NCBI GenBank assembly: GCA_963726455.1
Contig: CAVSCK010000004.1
Span: 1,280,001-1,344,000, forward strand
From: an uncultured bacterium
Lineage (GTDB): Bacteria > Zixibacteria > MSB-5A5 > CAIYYT01
Length of the DNA: 64,000 bases
Direction of reading: 5' to 3'
Both the position numbers and the translations under genes were made by a program. Positions 10,893 through 20,601 of the stretch are shown here, piece after piece. The notes beneath the pieces are model-generated. The model saw only the letters and a program-made list of their open reading frames with translations. It was not told the origin of the DNA and did no database searches. How positions within the stretch are numbered: position 1 is the first letter of the stretch; each line of letters begins with the position of its first letter.

Positions 10893-11496
10893 ATGGATGA
10901 GAACAAGTACAAAATCGCGGGTTGGTTGGCCCTCGCACAGGCGATTCTGTTCCCGATCGCATTTGTAATCGGAATCGTGGAAGCTATCGTGGCGGGCAAG
11001 CTTCTCGAAGTCAAGCGGCCGTTTATCGGACCATCCGATTTCCTGATGATCGTGTTCACGGCTATCAGCGTCTACACTTTTCTGATGTTTCGTCGGTTGC
11101 TGCACGAGACGATACAACTACCACGAACTGGATCTGCTGATCATGATCTCAATCTGGTGGGTCATCGTGTTTCAAGTCATTGAGCTTGGGATCAACGTGC
11201 TGGCGATGATCTTCTGGCCGGTCAACACAATCCTGCTGACGGTCACATTTCTGGTATTCTTCACCGGTGCGATGGTCTCCATCGGCATCGTGGATATCTT
11301 GATCGCAACGAAGCTGCTGAAGATCAAAGAGACTTTGAGCGAGTACGTTCGCGGTTTCGCCTACGTTACGATGGTGGCCGGAATCTGCGAGGTGACCGTG
11401 TTGTTTGCACCGTTCAGTTTGCTTCTCTTCCCTGTGTCAGCCATTATCCTCGCTCTGGTGTTCTTCCGCGACAAACAGGAAACGGAATTTGTCTAA
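10893..11496 (+). CDS. Hypothetical multi-pass membrane protein (about 200 aa), +1 frameshift at about 11109
   Basis: SD AGGAG then MDENKYK; hydrophobic segments in two consecutive frames; removing a11109 gives ...LHERYNYHELDLLIMISIWW... Confidence 0.75.
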
Positions 11497-11681
11497 CGCG
11501 CTGTCCAAAACTCGCTGATACGAACCGTGAGTGATTCACCAGGCATTTGTCGTGAGCATCACAAGGTCGCTCGACATATCGTCCGCAAAAATCGCAGCGG
11601 GGTTGCTTCAAAGCCCCTTCCCCTGTAAATTGCCAATGGTTCCGAATTCCCGGTACCCTCGTAGGTGATGGAGAACTAGAA

Positions 11682-12596
11682 ATGTCGAGCAAGTTTGGAA
11701 TAGTGATACACGGAGGAGCGGGGGCAATTTCCAAAGACAAGATGACCCCGGAATTGGAACAGCAATTTCGTGACGGATTGGTGACGTCGCTGGTTGGCGG
11801 ATACGACATTCTCAATTCGGGTGGAAGCAGTCTGGATGCCGTGCAAACAGCCGTCAATCTGATGGAAGACAATCCGCTGTTCAATGCCGGTAAAGGCGCC
11901 GTGTTCACCAGCGAAGGCAGAAATGAGCTGGACGCTGCCATCATGGATGGCCGCACACTGAAAGCCGGCGCGGTCGCCGGGGTGCGGCATATCAAAAATC
12001 CTATTACGCTTGCCCGGCTGATTATGGATCGACTCCCGCATGTTCTTCTGGCAGGCGAAGGCGCGGAAGAGTTCGCGCGATCACAGGGAATGGAAATGAT
12101 GCCGGAGGAATATTTCTTCACGGAGCGACGCTGGAAAATGCTGGAGGAAACCAGGGCCAAAGAGACGGCAAGCAGCCGCGGCATGGGTACCGTTGGCGCT
12201 GTGGCTCTTGATCAGGACGGCAACCTCGCGGCGGCGACATCGACCGGCGGCATGACCAACAGTCGCTACGGCCGGATTGGCGACTCCCCCATTATCGGTG
12301 CCGGCACTTACGCCAATAATCTCACTTGTGCCATCTCGACTACCGGACAGGGAGAGTTCTTCATGCGCGGAGTCACGGCCTACGATATTTCCGCGATGAT
12401 GGAATACCGTGGCCTGAGTCTGAAAGATGCCTCCGAGTTGGCAATCTTTACGAAACTTGCCTCGCTCGGAGGATCCGGCGGGCTGGTCGCCATTGACGCA
12501 AGTGGCTCGATTGCCCTGCCGTTCAACTCACTGGGCATGTACCGGGGATTCTATCTGGCAGACGGCGCGCTCGAAACAGCGATCTACCGAGAGTAA
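11682..12596 (+). CDS. iaaA: Isoaspartyl peptidase / L-asparaginase (Ntn hydrolase)
   Basis: IHGGAG, FNAGKGAV, GTVGAVA autocleavage Thr, ATSTGG, GRIGDSP. Confidence 0.93.
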   Translation: MSSKFGIVIHGGAGAISKDKMTPELEQQFRDGLVTSLVGGYDILNSGGSSLDAVQTAVNLMEDNPLFNAGKGAVFTSEGRNELDAAIMDGRTLKAGAVAGVRHIKNPITLARLIMDRLPHVLLAGEGAEEFARSQGMEMMPEEYFFTERRWKMLEETRAKETASSRGMGTVGAVALDQDGNLAAATSTGGMTNSRYGRIGDSPIIGAGTYANNLTCAISTTGQGEFFMRGVTAYDISAMMEYRGLSLKDASELAIFTKLASLGGSGGLVAIDASGSIALPFNSLGMYRGFYLADGALETAIYRE

Positions 12597-12688
12597 TGGA
12601 CTACGGTCGCATCCGCAGTTTACATGTCAATGTGATTGACCTCCTTTCCATGGTGGCATAAAGTGACAGAATACAAAGGAGCCTTCTG

Positions 12689-13219
12689 ATGGATAATCAC
12701 TGGAAAACGATCATCTGGCAGCAAATGGGAGCTGCGATCGATGCACTGGAAAACGCCATGCAGGCCTGTCCGGAAAACGTCTGGAGCGACCCGGCGAAGC
12801 ATGAGAAGACGCTGCACGGACAACCGATGGAATTCTGGTACCTGGCATTTCACACGTTGTTCTGGCTGGACTACTATCTCGCGGAAACGCCGAAAGAATT
12901 CCGGCCCCAGGCGCCATTCGGACTCGAGGAAATGGATCCGGCGGGATTATTGCCGGAACGCGCTTATACCAAGGATGAATTGCAGGTCTATCTGGAGCAT
13001 TGTCGTCAGAAGTGTCGCGGGGCAATCGCCGGCCTGAGTGATGAACGTCCGCGCCCACCATATAATTTCCGTAAAGTCAGTCTCAGCTTCGATGAGTTGC
13101 TGCTCTATGTAATGCGCCATATACAGCATCATGCGGCACAACTGAATTTGATGTTACGGCAGACGATTGGCTCCGCGCCCGGTTGGACTTTCGTGGCAAA
13201 ACAGAAGTTGAGCGACTAA
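12689..13219 (+). CDS. DinB/YfiT-family four-helix metalloprotein
   Basis: FWYLAFHTLFW and RHIQHHAAQL His triad. Confidence 0.85.
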   Translation: MDNHWKTIIWQQMGAAIDALENAMQACPENVWSDPAKHEKTLHGQPMEFWYLAFHTLFWLDYYLAETPKEFRPQAPFGLEEMDPAGLLPERAYTKDELQVYLEHCRQKCRGAIAGLSDERPRPPYNFRKVSLSFDELLLYVMRHIQHHAAQLNLMLRQTIGSAPGWTFVAKQKLSD

Positions 13220-13402
13220 CTTCACCCTATGGAATCACAATCTCATTGGGCGACGTTCAACAAATACAGGGCTGGCTGCGTTCAAGAGAAGAGGCGGTCG
13301 CGTCGGCGGCGAACCAGTACGGATGGTGGAGAAAATTGGCTGTGCGATTACGTTCTTTCGGGATCGCCTGCCGATAAAATATGAAAGCGAACAAGGAGAT
13401 TC

Positions 13403-13876
13403 ATGCAAGTTCCGATTCTGCGAAGTACTTATAAGACGCTGGCCGAAAAGATCGGCACACTGAAAAAAGACATCGATGGCAATTCGAAAGAGATCGGACG
13501 GGCCGCTGCGCTCGGTGACCTCAAAGAGAACTCGGCATATCACAGCGCCCGCGAGCGACAGGTGTTGTTGCTGGAACGCATGCAGAGATTTCAGGAATAT
13601 ATGCGCGGCAGAGTTGTCGACCTGACCAATGGCAAGCCGGACAAAGTGTCATTCGGTACGTCGGTGACGGTCGTCGACTCCCAATCGGGCCAGCCGCGCG
13701 TGTTCAACATTGTCGGGCCGGTGGAATACGAGCTTGACCTGCTCCCGAATATTGTGACCTTCTCCGCCCCGATGGCGAAGCTGCTGCTCGGCAAACAAGT
13801 CGGCGACTCAGTCGAAAGTCGATTCAGCGCCGCCGAGTGGACGGGAGTAATCTCGGATATTCGCGCGATCGAATAG
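13403..13876 (+). CDS. greA: GreA/GreB-family transcript cleavage factor
   Basis: GDLKENSAY acidic tip, V.FGTSVTV, SAPMAKLLLGKQVGD. Confidence 0.85.
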   Translation: MQVPILRSTYKTLAEKIGTLKKDIDGNSKEIGRAAALGDLKENSAYHSARERQVLLLERMQRFQEYMRGRVVDLTNGKPDKVSFGTSVTVVDSQSGQPRVFNIVGPVEYELDLLPNIVTFSAPMAKLLLGKQVGDSVESRFSAAEWTGVISDIRAIE

Positions 13877-13919
13877 CGGCAACAACTCCTCACTCCTGTG
13901 TGAGCAACGCAGCAGTCGC

Positions 13920-15816
13920 CTATCTGTCAATCCCGACACCTATTTCGTACGGTCCCGGCTTGGTGGAATCGGGCTTCGGACTGATCCAACGGCTTCCGTT
14001 TTTCGCCCAGGCCGCGTTGTATGTGTCATTGCCCCCGCCATCAACGAACACCCCGAAAGTATTTAGATAGGTTCGCGCACCCTGTTCAAGTCCTCGCGCA
14101 CCGCCGAGATTGAATTGCCCGGTGGTATGGTAGGTGTCGTCGCCCTCCCAGTCATGGAAGATTCCGATTCCCTGGAAATTGCCGCCACCGAGTGACAGGC
14201 CGGGTGCATAGTAGGTGTCGTTGCCGGCGCGCTCATTGAAATATCCGATCGTGAAGTCATGCCCCGATCCGATTGACATGTTCATGGTGGCGTTGTACAC
14301 ATCGTTGCCGGCGAAATCGTCGAAATAGCCGATGGCAAAATGCGCGCCCGAGCCCAGCGTGTACCAGACGCTGCGATAATTATCATCGCCGGCGCCGTCG
14401 AGCAGCATCCCGAGCGCGAACCAATATCCACAGCCCTGTGCGAATAGCCCGGCGGAGTATTTGTCGTTTCCTAGGATGTCGCACAAAATGCCGACTCCCC
14501 CCGCCCAACTGTGTCCGTCGATGTAATCAGCGCGCTTGCCGAAACCAACACCCTGGGCCAGTGACGAATTATGCTCTTGCGTCTGCTGGCCGGGGCTGAA
14601 CAGGATGCTGTCCTCGGCGACATAAACATCATCCCCTGAGTAATTGATACAGAGGCCGCAGCCCCTGGTGTAGCCGTATCCCTGAGAAGTAGCCCAACAA
14701 TACAGTGAGTCATTGCCGGTGCTGTCGGACAGAACGCCCACACCAAACGCGGCAGAACCCTGTGAATAGGTCTTGCTGCGGTATCTGTCGTTGCCGTTGT
14801 TATCCATCACGGCCCCAACGCCGAAGATGCCGCATCCCTGCGCGACGTTGATACCGTCATAGTAATCGTCCCCGGACTTATCAATGACGACTGACATGCC
14901 GAGCACGGCGCCACCGATGCCGGGCGTGGTTGAATCAGCGGAGATGTAGCGGTCGTGCCCCGCCACGTCTATAATTGCTGTCAGAGGATATCCGGACGGA
15001 TACCCCGAAATACGATAGGTGTCATCACCACCAGGATCGAGAATGAGAAGTGGCGGCGTAGTGAAGGAATACTCGTCTTTACCGGCTGCGCCAATAACGA
15101 TCAGGCCCAGAGGAGTCTTTATTTCCTGCCGCGAGTCGGGGAACTTGCAGAATTCTAGCGAGTCGGCTGTGCGCCTGAGAATTTCCGTGAGGTCTTCGGC
15201 ACCGCCAATCATGCGATTCAGATCAACCGTGGTTGCCAACTCCTCCACCAGATCGTTGTATTTCTGGTTGTCGGCCACGAAGTATTGAAAAACCTGTTTG
15301 CGAGTCTTGTCAGGGCTGATCCGCACATAGGCCTGTGTGAAATTAAAGTCTGTGTCGTTGATAACCGCGTAGAAGAGATCAATTTTCGCGCGCAGCTTGG
15401 CAAACTGTGGGCCCGCAAGCCCGGTGAGATTTCTTGTTATCGACGGCAGACGCAGTGAATCGAGGGCTTTAGTGTATTTCTCGAATTGATCGCTCACCAG
15501 GCCGCGACGAACCGGGCAGTCAATTCTGCGTCCGGCGCTCGGCAACCAAAGATGTGATATTGCCGCAATCGGCGGTGAATGCTTCAAGATTCAAGCGGCC
15601 ATACTTGGGCAACTTGAATGGGTTCTTGTGGAACATTGTGAAATACGACAACCGCCACATGTCACCTCCCCAGGTTGCCATTTCATCCTGATCAAAGCGA
15701 ACATCCTCACGAGTCATATGTACCTGCGCCAGTGCCGAATCGAACAAGCTCAAGTCCTGGGCAGCGGCAACAGCAGGTGTGAACATGAGCAGCAAAAGCC
15801 AATATAGACGTGTCAT
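13920..15816 (-). CDS. Secreted protein with tandem G-x-G...D-x-x-G-x-D-x-Y repeats (about 631 aa), +1 frameshift at about 15540
   Basis: Signal peptide MTRLYWLLLLMFTPAVAAAQ in ORF 15520-15816 joins ORF 13920-15587 after removing one base; about 10 D..G.D.Y repeats. Confidence 0.75.
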
Positions 15817-16001
15817 GGTACTCTCCGAATATTTGTGGTCGCAATATAGGTGCGAGTCCCGGGCAGGCCAACTTCAAAGTATCCGGAAACTTACTGAGCG
15901 AGTCCATCATCAGGCCGTGGATCAGCGTAGGCATTCAGGATGCATGACGCTTTCGGAGCTGCGGCTGAAATGGCCGCCAAAGAGGGATTGAGATTTCGCC
16001 T

Positions 16002-16577
16002 ATGAGCAGCGCACGACTGGAGGCCTTCAGCGATGCCGTGATTGCGGTGATTATTACGATTATGGTGCTGGCTCTGAAAGTCCCGACGAGCGCAGAGATA
16101 GCAGCGCTACGCCCGGTATTGCCCGTGTTCCTGACTTATATTCTCAGTTTCGTGGTGGTCGGCATTTACTGGAATAACCACCATCACCTCATCAGGGCAA
16201 CCAAAGACGTCACGACAGGTGTTATGTGGGCGAATTTGCACCTGTTGTTCTGGCTGTCGTTAATCCCGTTCTTCACCGGCTGGCTCGGGGAAAATCATGG
16301 CGGCTCGTGGCCTACCGCCTTTTACGGAGCAGTTCTCCTGATGTCGGCGATTGCCTACACGATTTTGCAGAGAGCGATTGTCTGTCAGCACGGAAGAGAT
16401 TCGAAACTGGCGGCTGCCGTCGGAAGTGACTTGAAAGGCAAACTGTCGATCGCCTGTTATGCTCTGGCTATCGCTGTCTCGCCATTCTACACGTGGATTT
16501 CAGATTCGCTCTTCATTCTGGTGGCGATCATGTGGGTAGTGCCCGACCCGCGCACGAAGGCGGGGATACGAGACTGA
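16002..16577 (+). CDS. TMEM175-family (DUF1211) potassium channel
   Basis: RLEAFSDAVIAVIITIMVL signature; YWNNHHH. Confidence 0.92.
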   Translation: MSSARLEAFSDAVIAVIITIMVLALKVPTSAEIAALRPVLPVFLTYILSFVVVGIYWNNHHHLIRATKDVTTGVMWANLHLLFWLSLIPFFTGWLGENHGGSWPTAFYGAVLLMSAIAYTILQRAIVCQHGRDSKLAAAVGSDLKGKLSIACYALAIAVSPFYTWISDSLFILVAIMWVVPDPRTKAGIRD

Positions 16578-16701
16578 CGCAAGATTTCGGCAATCATCGC
16601 GACCACAGTGAACCTGCGAGACCGTTACCGGCCTCGCAGTTGTTCATCGGAAATGTCGCCGGTCTTCGCAACGCGCTCGCGAGATCAATTCGACTGTCAC
16701 A

Positions 16702-17475
16702 TCAGCGAGAAGCGTGACTTGCTTGCCGGAGTTGCAGATTGTTCACCACGCTGAGGGCATCAGTGTTCATCAGGATGGTGTTCATGGCCCAATTGCGGTC
16801 ATGCTTGGTATCGACGGTACCTTCCAGAGTGACGACACCTTCGTTCACGATCAGGTGCACTGCCGGCGCTGAGATTTCCGTCACGGGCGCGAAAAACCGA
16901 TCGTTATAGATGAGCCGGGCCGCGCGATAGCGAATTTCGTCGTCGAAAAGCGATTGGGATTCAACCTTGATATCATTATTGATTCTGCTGACGCCGGGCA
17001 CGCGCTCCACCACATGTTCAAAAAGCCGCTTGTGCCAGGGTTCATAAACCCACCCTTTGAGCGTTACGGTGCCGCCTTTTACATCGAAATTCACCCAGTC
17101 ATAAACGCTGTACTGGACGTTGTGCTGAAGCTGCTTGTTGACGTTTTCCTGAAGTTGCTGGTCCGGCACGCCAAGCGGCTTGACCGCAAGATCGTTGACC
17201 AGGCGATGATCGTCGGCGGTCTTTTCGACAACCTGTGCAACCTGCCGCGCCTGATAAAGCGTGGCGACGGTACCGCTGATAGTGACAACGCTTTCATTGG
17301 CGCTGACATCGATGGCATTACCTCGCAGCAGATCATGGTTGCTGAGTTGTTCTTCAATTCGTGACTGCAGGGAGTTGTCGCTCTTCTGTTGACTCTTTGC
17401 GAAGACGTTCACGGGCAGAGTCAGCAGCAATAGAGAGAACACCATTGCAATCATGGCTAAGTTTCGGTTTTTCAT
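16702..17475 (-). CDS. Periplasmic BON-domain protein (3 BON repeats)
   Basis: Signal peptide MKNRNLAMIAMVFS...VFA; three V.L.G.V...V.N.L repeats. Confidence 0.88.
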   Translation of the reverse strand: MKNRNLAMIAMVFSLLLLTLPVNVFAKSQQKSDNSLQSRIEEQLSNHDLLRGNAIDVSANESVVTISGTVATLYQARQVAQVVEKTADDHRLVNDLAVKPLGVPDQQLQENVNKQLQHNVQYSVYDWVNFDVKGGTVTLKGWVYEPWHKRLFEHVVERVPGVSRINNDIKVESQSLFDDEIRYRAARLIYNDRFFAPVTEISAPAVHLIVNEGVVTLEGTVDTKHDRNWAMNTILMNTDALSVVNNLQLRQASHASR

Positions 17476-17894
17476 ATTTATCCTCACTTTCCAAGTGTTC
17501 ATCTCCACCTCGGAGGTAATACGCGTCCGAAACAGCAACCGGTAATGTGTTATGATACGGAAAAGCCGATCGCGGGCGGTTGCGGGATCGTCCCTAAGCG
17601 CTTATGCGTCAACGTCCTACATAAGTGGCGGACACTTTCTGAGGCGCCGAGCCGTGCAGTGCCTGAGAGACTCTCCGACATATTGTGATTTGCTGCGTCG
17701 CAAGTTTTAGCGGACGTTGCTGGATTTCCGGGAATGATTCACAACGGAGCGCCGACAAGTTGCGACGGCCTGCCGAATTTTGCGCAGTCGGTAATAACTT
17801 GCGCCAGCCAAACCGAATTACTTGTATGGAACCGTTCTTGAACGTAATATTGTTTTGACTTTGAGACTGCGTACCCTTCACCGCGGGGAGTAAC

Positions 17895-19259
17895 TTGCCA
17901 TTTGACCGCCTGATGAAAAGATTGCGTGACCGGATCGCATGTTACCTTCCTCTTCCCGCTTACTACGGCAAGGACTTTCGGCGCATCTACGCCTTTCTCC
18001 TGAAGAGTCGGTATTGGAGCCGCGAGGAAATTCTGGCCTACAAACTGGAACGAATCCAGGCGCTGTTGCAGCATGCACAGGCGCATGTGCCATATTACCG
18101 CGACTTGTTTCAGCGGCTTGGAATTGATAGCACTGAAATCAAGACTTACGAAGATTTTTCCAAGTTTCCGGTCCTCAGCAAAGATACGGTCAGGAACTGC
18201 CTTCATCTTCTGAAGTCAGACACTTTCGATTCGTTCAAACCGGTGCGCACGCAAACTTCGGGCACGACCTCCTCGATGACGCTGGTTTATCGCAGTGCCT
18301 ATCAGGAGGCCTTCCGCCGGGCGCAGTTGTGGCGATTCTACAATGAACATGGTCATCATTTCCGCGATCGCTGGGTGAATATCGTCTGCAATAGTTTTGA
18401 CCCGAATTCACCCGTTATCGAGCACAATCGCCTGGAAAACTGTCTGATCATCAACACGTATCAAATTATCCGCGGCAAGCGTGATGAGATTCTCGACGCC
18501 ATCGAGGAATTTCGCCCGAACCTGATCTGGGCTCACCCCAGTCCGCTGGCAATTCTGGCTGAGCATCTGCTTTCCAACGGCAGGAAATCGATCAAGGTGC
18601 CATTGGTGGCGACATTCGCGGAAAAGATTTACCCCCATGTGCGGCGGGTTCTGGAGGAAGCATTTCCGGGGCAATATATCGACTATCTCGGCAATCGGGA
18701 AAACAGCGTAGCCGCCTGGGGGCATTCGAACGACCAGTTCTACGAAGTCTCCGAATACTGTCACATCGAAGTCGACAATCATGGACCGGACGGCGTGACC
18801 GGCGATCTGATCAGCACCAGCCTGCACAATTATGCTTGTCCATTGATACGATATGACTCCGGGGACGTGATTCGCTGGCTGGGATATACTGACCCGAAAT
18901 CACCCTATCCGATGTTTGAACTTCTCGGTGGCCGCGGCAAAGATGTGTTGGTAACTCGTAACGGCCTGACAGTTCCCTATTTCCTGGCCTACATCGAAAA
19001 GAAGAACTTCGACAAGCTTGCCAAGTACCAGATGGAACAGGTAGACCTGGATGAAATAATCCTGCGAATCGTCCCCAGGGCGAATTTCGTTCGCGAGACC
19101 GACGAGCCGTTGCTGCTGGAATATGCTTCCAAGTCGCTGGCAGACCAGTTCAAGATTCGTCTCGAATACGTGGATGATATACCGTTGACCGACGGTGGCA
19201 AGTATCGTCCGGTCATTTCAAAACCCGCACTGGAATACTTCGACAAGAAATATCGCTAG
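17895..19259 (+). CDS. Phenylacetate-CoA ligase family adenylate-forming enzyme (CapK-like)
   Basis: VPYYRDLF, TSGTT P-loop, PLIRYDSGD, IPLTDGGKYR. Confidence 0.85.
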   Translation: MPFDRLMKRLRDRIACYLPLPAYYGKDFRRIYAFLLKSRYWSREEILAYKLERIQALLQHAQAHVPYYRDLFQRLGIDSTEIKTYEDFSKFPVLSKDTVRNCLHLLKSDTFDSFKPVRTQTSGTTSSMTLVYRSAYQEAFRRAQLWRFYNEHGHHFRDRWVNIVCNSFDPNSPVIEHNRLENCLIINTYQIIRGKRDEILDAIEEFRPNLIWAHPSPLAILAEHLLSNGRKSIKVPLVATFAEKIYPHVRRVLEEAFPGQYIDYLGNRENSVAAWGHSNDQFYEVSEYCHIEVDNHGPDGVTGDLISTSLHNYACPLIRYDSGDVIRWLGYTDPKSPYPMFELLGGRGKDVLVTRNGLTVPYFLAYIEKKNFDKLAKYQMEQVDLDEIILRIVPRANFVRETDEPLLLEYASKSLADQFKIRLEYVDDIPLTDGGKYRPVISKPALEYFDKKYR

Positions 19260-19363
19260 AGTCCTTCCCGCACACTCACAGACTTGTTGATTGCTTCAAG
19301 ATCGGCCCCTACGTTTCGTATCAATTTGTTGTAATCAGTTTGGGGCTTGGTAGAGGATAACTC

Positions 19364-20137
19364 ATGAAAGCAAGGACAATCGTCATTACCGGCGCCAGCA
19401 GCGGTATCGGCGCGGCACTGGCACAATCACTGGGAAATCAGGGACACAGACTCGTACTGGCGGCAAGACGAGAAAAGGAATTACAGCAGGTAGCGCTGGC
19501 AGCAGGCAACGGGGCGATCGCCGTGGTCACTGATGTAACGCAACGTGCCGAAGTGGAGCGGCTGCGTGATAAGGCCATCGAGCAATGCGGCCACGTAGAT
19601 GTCTGGATCAACAATGCGGGCCGGGGAATCAGCCGCAAAGTAATGGATCTTACAGACGACGACGTTGACCAAATCCTTGCCGTCAACTTCAAGTCGGCGC
19701 TGTATGGTATGCAGGCCATCGTACCACATTTCCAACAGCGCGGCGAAGGGCACCTCATTAACGTATCGTCGTTTCTAGGCAGAGTCCCGTTGGTAGCATT
19801 CCGTTCGGCATACAGCGCGGCGAAGGCGGCGCTCAATGTGATTACCGCCAACCTGCGCATCGACCTGCGAGAACAGTTTCCCAACATTCACGTATCGCTC
19901 GTGATGCCGGGCGTAGTAACCACGGATTTCGGCAGGAACGCACTGGGCGGAAGTCCGGGAAGCATACCTACCGGATCGGCGGCAGGACACCAGACCGCCG
20001 AGGAAGTAGCCGCCGTGATCGCTTCCTTAATCGAGGAACCGAAGGCAGAGGTCTACACCAATCCGGCTCTGTCTCAGGATGCAGTCCGGTATTACACTGA
20101 CGTCGCCGCTTTCGAATCGAATTCCGTCAGGAGATGA
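19364..20137 (+). CDS. Short-chain dehydrogenase/reductase
   Basis: TGASSGIG, INNAG, YSAAK. Confidence 0.92.
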   Translation: MKARTIVITGASSGIGAALAQSLGNQGHRLVLAARREKELQQVALAAGNGAIAVVTDVTQRAEVERLRDKAIEQCGHVDVWINNAGRGISRKVMDLTDDDVDQILAVNFKSALYGMQAIVPHFQQRGEGHLINVSSFLGRVPLVAFRSAYSAAKAALNVITANLRIDLREQFPNIHVSLVMPGVVTTDFGRNALGGSPGSIPTGSAAGHQTAEEVAAVIASLIEEPKAEVYTNPALSQDAVRYYTDVAAFESNSVRR

Positions 20138-20176
20138 ACGTGGAGAGGCCGTCCCATGAGTAACACTAACGTTGTT

Positions 20177-20257
20177 GCGCCGGTTCCTGATTTCGCGCAG
20201 TATCTACGCAAACAATTGATTTCACTGGTCTCTCAGCGCGAAATTGTGAACCGGCGC
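20177..20257. repeat. 22-bp inverted repeat flanking an IHF consensus site
   Basis: Arms GCGCCGGTTCctgATTTCGCGC / GCGCGAAATtgtGAACCGGCGC (19/22); spacer contains AATCAA-TTGT-TTG on the minus strand (20209-20221). Confidence 0.65.
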
Positions 20258-20512
20258 CATCTCCAGACTGAATGTAAGAGACTCTTTGGACAACCTCTGG
20301 AAAGCTATTCAACTTCACCGCCTGGCTCACTTTCCTGATATGTTCTCTTTCAAAACGAGTGTTTCAAGGTGTCAACCTGCCCGTTCCCACCGGCCACCAT
20401 CGTCACTGCACCGCTCAGTTAATAGTGTCGCAGCAGCCATAGCTTCGGTTTAATAAGATTGATGTGGTCAGGTTTCATACAGCCGTAACATCTCTTTTTT
20501 AGTCCTTGTCAA

Positions 20513-20539
20513 TTAACCACTCTGAATCGGCTCCGATAA
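20513..20539 (+). promoter_or_regulatory. Putative sigma-28 (FliA) promoter
   Basis: TTAA-N15-TCCGATAA versus consensus TAAA-N15-GCCGATAA, upstream of the MCP. Confidence 0.6.
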
Positions 20540-20601
20540 ATCTCGAAGAGGCACGAAATCACAATCACATGCCGGATGCGGCTATCTCGGAGGGTATTGC
20601 G

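Noticed and set aside
20156-20338. 60-aa ORF with a plausible SD
   Set aside because: It overlaps the inverted-repeat/IHF element and has no recognisable protein features
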